This document shows, piece by piece, positions 10,898 to 21,753 of a DNA stretch of 64,000 bases. The translations under genes were made by a program, and so were the position numbers. Position 1 is the stretch's first letter. Each line of letters opens with the position of its first letter. The stretch lies in NCBI GenBank assembly GCA_963845145.1, contig CAWJQU010000005.1:32001-96000 (forward strand). The letters run 5' to 3'. This stretch comes from an uncultured delta proteobacterium (GTDB taxonomy: Bacteria > Desulfobacterota > Desulfobacteria > Desulfobacterales > QNYZ01). The notes beneath the pieces were generated by a model that saw only the letters and a program-made list of their open reading frames with translations, ran no database searches and was not told the origin of the DNA.

Positions 10898-12457
10898 ATG
10901 GGTCCAGCAATGACACTTAAGTCAATCTTTACGGGGTTTGAGAAGGCCGCCACCCGCTTAAAAAGTAAAAAGGCCATCACTTTTTATCGAAATGGCTCTG
11001 CCGAAACCGTACGCACCTATTTACAGCTTCACCATGATGTCCTTCGTTTCGCTGCGCTGCTTCGGGTAAAGGGGATACGCAAAGGCGATCGGGTCATTTT
11101 ATTAATGAACAAATCGCTCATCGGCGTCACCGCCCATTTGGCCATTCTATATTTGGGGGCGGTAGGTGTGCCCCTCAATCCCGATTTTAAAAAAAATGAA
11201 CTGCAATATTTGTTTGACGATGTGGATGCCGATCTGGTCATCTTAAACCCGGGCAAAAAAGCGTTGATCGAAGCCATCGCCCCTGACACACAACAATTGG
11301 AGATATCAACCGAAATCCCCTATCAAGATCTCTATTTATTCGATTTAGAACCCGCGTCTGTTCCCGAATCGACTGTTCTCGAATCTGCTACCGACCCAAA
11401 TGCTCCCGGGCTTATCATCTACACCTCCGGTACCACGGGGAACCCCAAAGGCGCGATTCTAACTCAGCGGAATCTGGCCCACGACGCCCAAAGTATCATC
11501 TCGAGCTGGGCCATGTCTGAAACCGATGTGCTTTGCCACGCCCTTCCTCTTTTTCATGTTCACGGTCTATGCTTTGCGCTGCACACGGCCCTTCTGAGCG
11601 GTGCTCACCTCCTCATGTTGGACCGGTTCAATCCCAAAATCGCGCTGGATCGGTTATCCCGAAAATCGAATGCCGATACCTGCACAGTCTTTATGGCCGT
11701 TCCCGCAATGTATGCAAAGATGATGGATGCCGTGAAAGGCAGTCCCCTCGACCTGAGCCATCTGCGCTTGGCAACCTCCGGTTCCGCCCCACTTTTAGCC
11801 GACACCTTCAACCGCATTCATAACACTTTCGGGATCGAACCCGTGGAGCGTGAAGGGATGACCGAAACCGGGATGAACTTTTCCAACCCTTTGGCCGGAA
11901 AACGCAAACCGGGATCGATCGGGCGGCCCCTACCGGGCGTAAACGTACGAATCGTCGATCCCAACACGCATGAGGATGTCCAGGCTGGCCAAGTCGGTGA
12001 ATTTTGGTTGAAAAGCCCTGCCATTACACCAGGCTATTGGCGTAAACCGGCCGAAACCCAAAAGGCCTTTGATAATGGCTGGTTTAAAACGGGCGATCTT
12101 GGAAAAATCGATTGCGATGGTTATTATTATCTCACCGACCGCATCAAGCACATCATCATTACAGGCGGAGAAAACGTTTCGCCGGTGGAGGTGGAAACCG
12201 TGATCAATCAAGTGGATGGGGTGATCGAATCGTCCGTTGTCGGAATTGCCGATGACAAGTGGGGAGAGAAAGTCGTGGCCGCCGTGGTTTTAGCGCCTGA
12301 CTACAAGCTAACCGACCATCAAATCATCGCTTATTGCAAGACCCGGCTACTTAATTGGAAGTGCCCAAAAAAACTGGTATTCCTTGAAAATTTGCCGCGA
12401 AATACGATGGGAAAGGTACTAAAAGAAGAAGTTATAATGCAATTTCAACACAATTGA
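10898..12457 (+). CDS. AMP-forming acyl-CoA synthetase, MatB/ACSF3-like (start uncertain, 10898 or 10910)
   Basis: YTSGTTGNPKG, HALPLFHVHGL, SGSAPL, EREGMTET, GWFKTGDLG, GGENV, LPRNTMGKV. Confidence 0.88.
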   Translation: MGPAMTLKSIFTGFEKAATRLKSKKAITFYRNGSAETVRTYLQLHHDVLRFAALLRVKGIRKGDRVILLMNKSLIGVTAHLAILYLGAVGVPLNPDFKKNELQYLFDDVDADLVILNPGKKALIEAIAPDTQQLEISTEIPYQDLYLFDLEPASVPESTVLESATDPNAPGLIIYTSGTTGNPKGAILTQRNLAHDAQSIISSWAMSETDVLCHALPLFHVHGLCFALHTALLSGAHLLMLDRFNPKIALDRLSRKSNADTCTVFMAVPAMYAKMMDAVKGSPLDLSHLRLATSGSAPLLADTFNRIHNTFGIEPVEREGMTETGMNFSNPLAGKRKPGSIGRPLPGVNVRIVDPNTHEDVQAGQVGEFWLKSPAITPGYWRKPAETQKAFDNGWFKTGDLGKIDCDGYYYLTDRIKHIIITGGENVSPVEVETVINQVDGVIESSVVGIADDKWGEKVVAAVVLAPDYKLTDHQIIAYCKTRLLNWKCPKKLVFLENLPRNTMGKVLKEEVIMQFQHN

Positions 12458-12487
12458 TGCCTCAATGACGTAAAAGGCTATATCTAC

Positions 12488-15275
12488 ATGACACCATCTA
12501 AAACAGTTAAAAAAATTCTGTTTATATCGCTTTGCATTGTGATGAGTCTGGCATTGGGTGCCATGGCGGCATGGTTATACCTTCCGACCTATATCGAACA
12601 CCGCATCCTGCCTCAAATGCTGGAACAAAGCGGTATCATGGATGCCAATTGCCCGGTTCGCAGGGTCGGCTTGTTTGGCGCCGATTTAGGGCCGCTTCGA
12701 ATCGGTAAAAAGAACAATCGGCCAATCACCATTCCTTCCATTCAATTGGACTACTCGCCCTTTGGGTTATACCGCAAACGCATTCGATCCGTCCGATTAG
12801 CAGGGATCGACCTTTTTGGCGCATATGATCATCAGGGATTAAAAATTCATGGTCTTAAGCCGACCCTTTTCAACACCATACAAAAAAATAATCATCCCCC
12901 CGACACGGAAAAACAACCGATAGCGTTACCGATCCATATTGAAAGATTGGCACTGACCCACACCATTTTTCACCTCGCCTGGAATCGGAAGAACCTCCAC
13001 ATCCCGGTATCCGTAGCGATATATTCGTCTAAGGAAAACCCAAAGATTTATAATAGCCGTGTAACAGCACTCATCCTTGGCGAAGAAGTTCAAATCGACG
13101 GGCAAGTCAACCTTGACGGTCCCATTTTATCGCTAAACCTGAATTCAAAGCCTCTGGCCGTCGACCCTATCATCGGCTTTTTAGGTCTCAACGATTGGAT
13201 CTCGGGAAATGCCCTGGTCAGGGTCACCGCTCGATTGAAAGCCTCCCTGGCACCGATAGATATCAACGCGCTAACGGTTGAGGCATTTTTTGAGGATCTA
13301 AATGTATTAGCTGGTACCGTTCGGCTATCATCTTCGCTTCACGACGGCCGGGACCGGGAGCAGCCCCATTTTAAAGCAACACAAATCGACACCAATCGAT
13401 GGCAGGTGGTGTTAAAAAATATCCTGGTAAAAGGTTCGGGCGAACCAAAATTGCAGCTATCAGAGATTCGTGCGAATGTTCAAAGAGAAGCAGCGGGCGA
13501 TATACACGTTGATGGGCAACTATCGGGATCCATACCGGCATTTAAAGAAAACGTGCATGCTCCGATCACATTGCTTGAAAAAAGAGCCCTGAATACCGTG
13601 TTTTCCGGCAATGTGAAACCGGACGGGACATGGCAATTTAAACTAATGGATCAAAAACCCGCTAAACCGCAGTATCCGTTGTCATTGATGACAAACGGGG
13701 TTCAATTCAGCGTTGGCACCCCCACATTCATCATTGATGCCTCAGGCGATAGAACTGATGCGGCCGCTCAATTGACCATCCAAGTGCCAAAAATAGCCGT
13801 TTCAACCGGCGATGCGTCATTGGATTTTAATAAAATCGACGTCACTGGGAATCTTTCCGCCAAACTGGCGCAGAAGCCTTTTCGCCCCCAATTCAAGCTC
13901 AAAATCATTCCCTCCCTAATAAAGGGTCGAATCGCATCCGGTGCGAATCAGAAACCCATGCGCCTGACAATCCCCAAAATAAGTATTTCAGCCACCGGGC
14001 TGGCAAATCCCACGGAGTTTGACGGCACGCTCACCATTTCAGGAATGAAGGCCGCTGCTTCGGAATATGACTTCGACGTTAAAAAAATAGAAGCAAAAAT
14101 ACCCTTTCAGTGGCCGGCGCCGAAACAGGGCCAATCCGGGCGCATAACGCTGGGTTCAACCCGCTACGGATCTTGGAATCTGGGAACTACCTCGGTTCTA
14201 CTGACCCAGAACAGTCGGGGTTATTCTTTCAAAGGAGACCACGCCAATCCTGTTTTACCGAAGTTCGTTGTTCGCTTTAGCGGAGATACCCTGCTGATAC
14301 CACCGGCACAACCAAGTATTATTCTCAATTTGGATGCGGTCCGTTCGCCCGATGCCCCGGACATTGACCTTGGCCGTTTCTCACCAAAAACTCAAGGCAT
14401 CACCGCCAACGGTGACTTTCGAGTAGCGGGTCGACTCCGGGTCTCCGATAATGGCGCCAGTGGTGACGTTTGTGTAATGGTTAACCAGGGACGGGTCCGT
14501 ATTCCGGAAACAGAGACATCCATCGAGGGATTGCAAACAAAACTATGCCTGCCGGAGCTGCCGAAAATACAAAGTGCGCCGCAACAGAAAATCACATTTG
14601 ATGAACTGGTCAGGGGTAAGATGCGTATCCGAAAAGGAATTTTCGATTATCAGGTCGAATCGCCGAAGAGCTTCTTTATTGAACGGGGGAAGTTACAATG
14701 GTGCAGCGGTGTGGTGCGCCTGGGCGCCATGCGTATTCATGCGGATAAAGAAGATTATGACATCCGGCTGGATTGTGATCGCTTGAATCTGGCCGAAAAT
14801 ACTAGGCCAATTCGGTGTCGCAAATGCCGACGGCAGCGGTACGGTGAATGGCACCGTCCCCATTCGGTTCCAAAATGGGAAGCTGACCTTTGATGACGGA
14901 TTTTTATATTCAACGCCGGGGGTCGGCGGTAAAATTCGAATCACCGGAACGAAAAGCCTGACAGCCGGCATCCCCGAAGGAACCGTTCAGTTTAACCAAA
15001 TCGACCTGGCCCGGGAAGCCCTTGAGGATTATGATTATAAATGGGCAAAACTAGGGCTTGAAACACTGAATAACGAATTGGTCATGCGGTTGCAATTTGA
15101 TGGTAAACCGGCTAAAATGTTACCATTTGAATATAAAAAGGAATTTGGCGGGTTTATGCGCGTCGACGCCGATGGGAGAGGGTCGAATTTTCAAGGAATT
15201 TCACTGGACGTGAATTTCCGCATCCCATTGGATGATTTGATGCAGTACAAGGATGTTTTACAGCACTTGGAGTAA
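12488..15275 (+). pseudogene. ydbH: YdbH-family (AsmA-like) intermembrane protein, split by a +1 frameshift at about 14796-14799
   Basis: N-terminal TM helix and long beta-rich body. Removing one A from gaaaat gives ...NLAEILGQFGVANADGSGTVNGTVPI..., joining ORFs 12488-14893 and 14844-15275. Followed by ynbE- and ydbL-like genes. Confidence 0.75.
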
Positions 15276-15300
15276 CACATCCTTAAAAAAGGAGAGCCCC

Positions 15301-15507
15301 ATGTTTCGAAATATAATTATCCTGCTTTCAGCGATTCTACTATTGATGGCGGTGTCCTGCACACAACACAAGATCGAGTCTACACACAAAGTGGAAGTGG
15401 CACCCGTGGAAATTAAACCCATTCACATCACCATCGACGTGAACATTAAAGTCGATAAAGATCTGGACGATTTCTTCAGTGATATCGACGAAGCCACCGA
15501 GTATTAA
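15301..15507 (+). CDS. YnbE-like small lipoprotein
   Basis: Lipobox AVSC, then KPIHITIDVNIKVDKDLDDFF. Located between ydbH- and ydbL-like genes. RBS AAGGAG. Confidence 0.75.
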   Translation: MFRNIIILLSAILLLMAVSCTQHKIESTHKVEVAPVEIKPIHITIDVNIKVDKDLDDFFSDIDEATEY

Positions 15508-15542
15508 ATGATTATGCAATTAATGGATATCAGGAGAATACA

Positions 15543-15917
15543 ATGAAACACATATCTAAGCATGGCGTTACGGTATTGGCCCTTATCGTACTGGTTTCTT
15601 TTTCGGCCATAAGTTATGCCGGAGCGGGTATCAAGGAACGGATGAAATCCCGAATCCCGGCCATAATGAATTTGAAAGCCAAGGGTATCATCGGTGAGAA
15701 CAACCTCGGTTACCTGGAGTTTGTGGGGGCTGCCAAAGAACAGGCGGGCCTGGTTGCAGCGGAGAATGCGGACCGCAAGCAAGTGTATACCGCCATCGCC
15801 CAAAAAAATAAAACGACGGTTCAGAATGTGGGAACGCGTCGTGCACTGAAGATTGCCGAAAAGGCGATGCCCGGACATTGGGTTAAGGGTGCCGATGGTA
15901 AGTGGCGCAAGAAATAA
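15543..15917 (+). CDS. YdbL family protein (DUF1318)
   Basis: Signal peptide, LKAKGIIGENNLGYL, AENADRKQVY, PGHWV..DGKW. Confidence 0.85.
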   Translation: MKHISKHGVTVLALIVLVSFSAISYAGAGIKERMKSRIPAIMNLKAKGIIGENNLGYLEFVGAAKEQAGLVAAENADRKQVYTAIAQKNKTTVQNVGTRRALKIAEKAMPGHWVKGADGKWRKK

Positions 15918-15975
15918 CAACCATCATCCCACTGGAAGTAACCTTTACAATTGATTAGCGAGGAGGGTCTTGATC

Positions 15976-16368
15976 ATGGGATCTAAAAAATCGGGAAGCG
16001 TAAAATTAAAGACCAAAAAAGGGCATAACTGGTTTTTTATCATGTGCACCTGGGAGCATGAACACGATCGTATCGCTATGGACAAATGGGTGGAGGTGTT
16101 CAACTTTTTTACGCGCAACACCGAGGATGAAAAGAAAAAAGCGTGTTATGATGCGCTGCGTGACCAAATTGCCGACGAGGGGCTGACCGCGCTTAATTTG
16201 ATCGGTAAGCGTCGATTTATTATCTCCGGTCAAACAAAATCCAACCAGGTGTTGCAGGAAATAAGCTCCATGATCACGTTGGGGACACCCATCAAAGTGG
16301 ATATCAGCGCCGCCACCAATGTATTTGAATTCGGTGATATCAATAAAGAGCGGCTTTATAAATCCTAA
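15976..16368 (+). CDS. Hypothetical protein (possibly GYD/DUF3303-like fold)
   Basis: Strong RBS AGGAGG and an approximately 130-aa ORF that fills the gap between neighbours. Only weak pattern resemblance to a family. Confidence 0.55.
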   Translation: MGSKKSGSVKLKTKKGHNWFFIMCTWEHEHDRIAMDKWVEVFNFFTRNTEDEKKKACYDALRDQIADEGLTALNLIGKRRFIISGQTKSNQVLQEISSMITLGTPIKVDISAATNVFEFGDINKERLYKS

Positions 16369-16391
16369 TTAGGCAATATCGTGCCATCCGA

Positions 16392-17468
16392 TCACGCATA
16401 CGCCTTACGCTGAAATAGCTGCAGCATAAGGGCCAGGTCGCCCTCTACTTGGTACTTGTGTTGCATCAACATCTCGCGTCCATCGGCCTTGCCCGTCATG
16501 ATGTCCACCCATAGGGCAAACGGCGTATCGATTAAAACGTCGTATGTATCGCTTAGACCGACCGCTGCATCTACGCCACCCTTTTCAAGGGTGAAGAAGC
16601 ATGCCCCCGAAATCTTTCCTGAAAACTTAAACTGCAAAATGACCGATTTCCCATCGCCGGCCACGAGGGGATCGAGGCGATGGCTCAAAACAGCCATAAA
16701 CGCTTCCAGTGAGTCGGGACGCGGCATCATGCCCTCATCAAAGAATTCCTGGAGTCCGATCTTTGCGTCGATACAGGTTTTCCACGTCAGATTGCCGATA
16801 ATGGCCAGGCTCTCCTTGTCCATCAGGGGTTGTTGAATGCGGTTTTGGGTCTCCGGCAATATTTCCCCCAGCTGAATCAACTCCTTACCGGCCTGAATGG
16901 TGGCGGCCAATATATCTTTGCGTTTCTCTTTAAGCGCGGGGTGTTTCAAGGCTTCCGATGAGGTACGATAGATTTCGGCCATGATGGGCGTTTCGGGATG
17001 ACATGTGGTTTTTAAAAAAGTTGAAAAGGCGTCAAATTCGGACTGTTCCGGAAATCCGCAAGCGGACACCCATACCACAGGTGCCATTTTTTGCCGCATC
17101 AAAAAGAGGTCCCTGCCCTTGTTTTTTTCCGAAAAAGGCTGTGAGAGCGGCAACATACGCTCCCTGAAAATGCTCATACCGGCGTTCATGGTGTGATAAT
17201 AAAGCGGGGTGGCATACACCACGAGATCCGATACCGCCAAAGTGGGCAACAGGTCCCGGGTCATATCGTCCACCTGAAGACACTGACCCGGCGTTTTAGT
17301 CCAGCATGAGAAGCAGCCCAGGCAGGGCCGGATATTTTTTTCGCTCAACAAAACGATATCAACCTCGGCCCCGGCGTCTCGCATCCCCTCGACGAGATGC
17401 GTAAGCAGTTGTTTGGTCGTGCTGTGCGTGCTGTTTCGAGGGCTGGAGTTGACGGCAAAAACCTTCAT
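16392..17468 (-). CDS. Iron-sulfur flavoprotein (flavodoxin-like) fused to an SCP2 sterol-carrier domain
   Basis: NSSPR, CLGCFSCW-x6-C, DDM, ATPLY. C-terminal LQFKFSG..DVLIDTP..YQVEGDL. Confidence 0.82.
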   Translation of the reverse strand: MKVFAVNSSPRNSTHSTTKQLLTHLVEGMRDAGAEVDIVLLSEKNIRPCLGCFSCWTKTPGQCLQVDDMTRDLLPTLAVSDLVVYATPLYYHTMNAGMSIFRERMLPLSQPFSEKNKGRDLFLMRQKMAPVVWVSACGFPEQSEFDAFSTFLKTTCHPETPIMAEIYRTSSEALKHPALKEKRKDILAATIQAGKELIQLGEILPETQNRIQQPLMDKESLAIIGNLTWKTCIDAKIGLQEFFDEGMMPRPDSLEAFMAVLSHRLDPLVAGDGKSVILQFKFSGKISGACFFTLEKGGVDAAVGLSDTYDVLIDTPFALWVDIMTGKADGREMLMQHKYQVEGDLALMLQLFQRKAYA

Positions 17469-17500
17469 TCAAATTCCTCCCATGACCATGTGAGGCTGTT

Positions 17501-20500
17501 TCAACGGGGACGATGTTCGCCGTTCTTCAAGGCCGCACCGGTTTTGGCAATCCAGTGAGTTAGATTCATCTCCACAAACATGGCTTTAGCCCGTTTGATA
17601 TAATCCACGCCGCGGGTGTTTTTTCCGGTATGGCCATAGACCTCTCCCAAATGAAAATATCCCTGGGCCAGGGCCGGCCGTAACCCCATTTTTTTAAATA
17701 TATCGCACCCTTCGCGAATCATTTTCTCTCCCTCGTCAAAACGGCCTTTATGGTGGCCCCCTAATATTTTACCGGTCCAGATCTTCGCCATCCCTTCATA
17801 TCTCTTTTCATTATTGCTTTGCGACAGTGTCAGCGCTTTTTCAGAACATCTGAGCGCCTCGTCGAACGCCCCCTGATCAAAGTAAATCATGGTTAGAACG
17901 CAATAATGCAGGGACATCATGGCTTCAATATCGGTATCTTTTTGTATTTTTAAGCCTTTGGTCACCGATGCCTGGGCCTGGTTCAAATCCCCCAGCAAAT
18001 AGTGCGCATTCCCCAACATGGTCCATGCCTGGCATAAAATCGTCGGCCACTTAATGGCTTCGGAGTGGCGAATACTGTTTTGGCAATGCGCAATGGCGCG
18101 CTCCCCGTCGCACATTAAAATCATTAGATTGGCGTATTGTAGTTCCATAAAAGCCAGGGTCATCAGGTGATCCGAATCAACAGCACAATCAAGCCCCCTG
18201 TCGCTAACCTGCCGCCCCTTGTGAAAATCGCCTTTCATGCCCATGGCTGTTCCGCACAATCCCGCAAGAAAAGCGTACAGAACGAAAGGGGTATTGAAAA
18301 GATCCGATTGCCGTTGGTCTTTTTCGATGAGGCGGATGACGGCCAAGGACGTATCAATCAAGGGATCATAACGGCCGGAGGTAACATACGCGTAACAAAG
18401 TGACAGGGACAACGGGGCCATGATATCAATATCATCAATCTTCCGGGCTTGTTGAAAACTTTTCTCGCCATGGGCAATGGACTTGGATGAATCCCCCCGG
18501 GCAGTATACAAAAGCGATAAATCATTATGGTAGCGGGAAAGCGCTTTTCGGTCATCTATAGTTTCGGCAAGAAGGGCGCCTTTATTGAGTATTCCGAGCG
18601 AGCCTTTGGGAAACCCCAACATGGCAAGAGGGCGCCGCATCATATTGTAAAGGCCCAGTTCCTCGACCGTGTCATGGCTGGTATCAGGCAGATTGTCAAA
18701 TATGTTTAAGGCCTTTTGCAAAAAATCAAAGGCTTCCACATGGGAGAAATTGGATTCGGCTTTTTGGCTCGAACGTTTCAAATATTCATAGGCATTGGGG
18801 TAATCTTCACCCAATAGAAAATGATGCGCTAAAAATTCATGAATTTGATCGAGATTGTCGGAATAGATGGCTTTCATGACCAAGCCGATTTGCGCATGTA
18901 GGGCGATTCGTTTTTTTCTCAACAGGCTGCTATAGACTGCTTCCTGAATAAGGATATGTTTGAAAGTGTACACCAATTCAGAGGTTGTCTCTTTCTGAAC
19001 GATAAACTCAAGACGTACAAGATCATCAAGATAAGATGCCAAATCATCTCTTTCACCGGTTATGGCCTGCAAAATCCGAAACTGAAAATTCTCACCCATC
19101 ACACTGGCGATCTGAATGATACGTTTAAGGGTGGCGTCCAGTCGGTCAACACGCGCCATCACGATACCATGAAGGGTATCCGGTATTTTGTAACGATTGA
19201 ATCTTCGCGCCAGCCTGAACTCATTGTCCGTCTTTTCGATGTAATGATTTTCCAGCAGAGAGTAGATAAATTCTTCGATAAACAGGGGATTTCCGGCTGA
19301 TTGCTGCAATGTAACCTGTTCAAGTTCAACCGCCACGGCCGCATCTTCGAGAATCGCTGAGATAAGTTCGGCACTGGATTCTTTCGTCAGCTGATCTAAA
19401 CCGACCTGATTGAAATTCGATTTATCTTTCCATCGAGGGGAATATTCCGGTCGGTAAAGGAGGCACAGTAAAATTCGATGACCTGTCATGGCATCGATAA
19501 AAAAATCGAGGAAAGCCTCCGATGTCTTGTCCATCCACTGCAAGTCATCGACCACCATCACGAGCTGTTTTTCTTTACTCAGGATAATAAAGAGATCACC
19601 AATCGCTTTAAAAATAAGTTGCCTTCTCTCTTTAGGTTCCAGGTTGCGCCAAACCTCATCAACGCCTTCCAAGGATAGCAATTGCATGAAAGCCGAAAGA
19701 CGCATTGCCGACTGTTTGCCGTCTATGAGATCAATTGTTTTCTTAATTTTAGCGACCTTGTCGACATCGCGGTCTCCCTCCTCGATAGCTAAATACCGTT
19801 TTATCATTTCCAAAAAGGGCAGGTACGCGATTGATTGCCCATGTGACAAGCATCGCCCCTCAAGAAAATGGGTATCATGGCTGCCTATGGATCGTTTCAG
19901 CTCTAACAATATCCTTGATTTTCCAACGCCGGGCTCGCCAATGATTCCTAAAATACGGCTCTTTCCCTGGGTGGCACGACGATAATTGTGTTTCAGGGTC
20001 GCCATGCAGGTTTCACGATTGACAAATCGCTCAATGCCTTTGGCAATGGATTCCTCGATTCTCGACTTTACCCGGGTCGATCCGATTAATTCATAGGCTT
20101 TTTGCGGTTTTTCAAAACCTTTTAAAGCGACCGATCCTAATGGATTTAGCTTAAAATAGGCCTTCACCAGACGATATGTATTTTCGGACAATAACGCATG
20201 TCCCGGCTTTGCCTCGGATTCCAAGCGGTTCGCCAATATGGTCGTATTTCCGACGGCCGTATAATCCATTCGAAGATCGTTGCCGATGGCCCCCACCATT
20301 ACGAGCCCGGAATTGATCCCAAACCGCATATCGAAAGCCACCCCGTATTCCGTGCTTAATTTCTCACGATATGGGGCCATATCTCTTTGAATCGAAAGAA
20401 CGGAATAGCAGGCACGCTGGGCATGATTCTCATGGGCAATGGGCGCCCCAAAAAGAGCCATTACGCCATCACCGGTGAATTGGTTGATGGTCCCCTCATA

Positions 20501-20884
20501 ACTGTGTATGCGGTCCATGAGAATTTTAAAGCAACCATCCATGGCTGTGTGGACCTCTTCCGGGTCCAGCTTCTCGGTAATCGCACTAAAGTTGACCACG
20601 TCGGCAAATAAAACGGTCACGATCTTACGTTCGCCTTCGATAGCGCTTCGAGTGGTGAGAATTTTATCAATGAGGTGTTCCGGTGTATAGGATTTGGGTT
20701 GAGCGGTATCAATTTGTAAAAGCGATTGAAGCGGTCTCAAGTTGCAACCGCATTCATCGCAGAAACGGTTTTTGGGTTCATACCGGTGCCCACAAGATGG
20801 ACATTTGTTCTCGGTTTTGCTTCCACACGCTTTGCAGAACTTCGCACCTTCACGATTTTCCGCCTGACACGCAGGGCATTTCAT
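17501..20884 (-). CDS. Double zinc ribbon - class III adenylate/guanylate cyclase - AAA (STAND) ATPase - TPR protein
   Basis: Four CxxC pairs, TVLFADV, FTGDGVMALFG, RFGINSG, GEPGVGKSR, VVDDLQW, GNPLF and TPR tail. GGGAG RBS before ATG 20884. Confidence 0.9.
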   Translation of the reverse strand: MKCPACQAENREGAKFCKACGSKTENKCPSCGHRYEPKNRFCDECGCNLRPLQSLLQIDTAQPKSYTPEHLIDKILTTRSAIEGERKIVTVLFADVVNFSAITEKLDPEEVHTAMDGCFKILMDRIHSYEGTINQFTGDGVMALFGAPIAHENHAQRACYSVLSIQRDMAPYREKLSTEYGVAFDMRFGINSGLVMVGAIGNDLRMDYTAVGNTTILANRLESEAKPGHALLSENTYRLVKAYFKLNPLGSVALKGFEKPQKAYELIGSTRVKSRIEESIAKGIERFVNRETCMATLKHNYRRATQGKSRILGIIGEPGVGKSRILLELKRSIGSHDTHFLEGRCLSHGQSIAYLPFLEMIKRYLAIEEGDRDVDKVAKIKKTIDLIDGKQSAMRLSAFMQLLSLEGVDEVWRNLEPKERRQLIFKAIGDLFIILSKEKQLVMVVDDLQWMDKTSEAFLDFFIDAMTGHRILLCLLYRPEYSPRWKDKSNFNQVGLDQLTKESSAELISAILEDAAVAVELEQVTLQQSAGNPLFIEEFIYSLLENHYIEKTDNEFRLARRFNRYKIPDTLHGIVMARVDRLDATLKRIIQIASVMGENFQFRILQAITGERDDLASYLDDLVRLEFIVQKETTSELVYTFKHILIQEAVYSSLLRKKRIALHAQIGLVMKAIYSDNLDQIHEFLAHHFLLGEDYPNAYEYLKRSSQKAESNFSHVEAFDFLQKALNIFDNLPDTSHDTVEELGLYNMMRRPLAMLGFPKGSLGILNKGALLAETIDDRKALSRYHNDLSLLYTARGDSSKSIAHGEKSFQQARKIDDIDIMAPLSLSLCYAYVTSGRYDPLIDTSLAVIRLIEKDQRQSDLFNTPFVLYAFLAGLCGTAMGMKGDFHKGRQVSDRGLDCAVDSDHLMTLAFMELQYANLMILMCDGERAIAHCQNSIRHSEAIKWPTILCQAWTMLGNAHYLLGDLNQAQASVTKGLKIQKDTDIEAMMSLHYCVLTMIYFDQGAFDEALRCSEKALTLSQSNNEKRYEGMAKIWTGKILGGHHKGRFDEGEKMIREGCDIFKKMGLRPALAQGYFHLGEVYGHTGKNTRGVDYIKRAKAMFVEMNLTHWIAKTGAALKNGEHRPR

Positions 20885-20894
20885 GACTCGCTCC

Positions 20895-21710
20895 CTAATC
20901 ATTGATATCAATTATCTTTAGAGCATGGGCAATTTCCTCGGCGGCGTTGCTCTTGACCCACTGGTTACTATAATTCAGGCAGTTGCAGATAAATTCGGTA
21001 TGGTTGATTCGGGTCTCTTTGCGGTAGTGAACGTGTCCGCAAATAACGTAGCGGACATCGTATTTTAAGGCCAGATCACCATACTGGGGGCTTCCAAGAA
21101 AGCCATTCAAATAGGACCAGGTACGATCGGGATTTTGCACGGTGAAACATTCAAGGGGTATGACATGGACCACAAGAATGATATTCCGGCCCCGGTGCGC
21201 CTGGAGCTGCGTTTCCAGCTTATCGTAAAAATAGTGGTGCATCGCTTGGGTCGGCCGATCCCAGATCGCCATGACTTTGTCCTGCCAGAGACGATCGTCG
21301 ATCTTCATTCGATCAAATGCCTCGGTAGAAAATTCAGGGCTGCCGAATGAATAATCGTACCAGCCCAAATCCCCGATGGCCACCCAATGACGATTGAGGT
21401 GATGTGGGCCGTTGGCCAGGTTACCGCGAAAGTGTTTAAGCTTCGCATAGTTTTCCCAGGCCGTTGTCGCGGGGTGGTTTTCATTCCAGACGTCGTGATT
21501 GCCGGGTACAAACAGACACTCTACACCCGTTTCGTCTTCAATGTCATGCAAGCTGGAAAGGGTCACCTCGTAATCGCTGGCCATATCGCCGGCAATGATC
21601 ATCTTGTCAAGCCGACGTTTCTTCATAGCAGCTTTAAGACCTTGGATAACCGGGCTGCCCGCCTCACGATTAATATCGACATGGATGTCGGATAATATTC
21701 CGATTTTCAT
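20895..21710 (-). CDS. Calcineurin-like metallophosphoesterase
   Basis: SDIH, AGD, PGNHD, VH and GHVH motifs, plus GWYDYSF. Confidence 0.88.
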   Translation of the reverse strand: MKIGILSDIHVDINREAGSPVIQGLKAAMKKRRLDKMIIAGDMASDYEVTLSSLHDIEDETGVECLFVPGNHDVWNENHPATTAWENYAKLKHFRGNLANGPHHLNRHWVAIGDLGWYDYSFGSPEFSTEAFDRMKIDDRLWQDKVMAIWDRPTQAMHHYFYDKLETQLQAHRGRNIILVVHVIPLECFTVQNPDRTWSYLNGFLGSPQYGDLALKYDVRYVICGHVHYRKETRINHTEFICNCLNYSNQWVKSNAAEEIAHALKIIDIND

Positions 21711-21753
21711 ATTTAGGCGTTCATTTTTAAATAAGGGCTAATGCGCCCCAATG

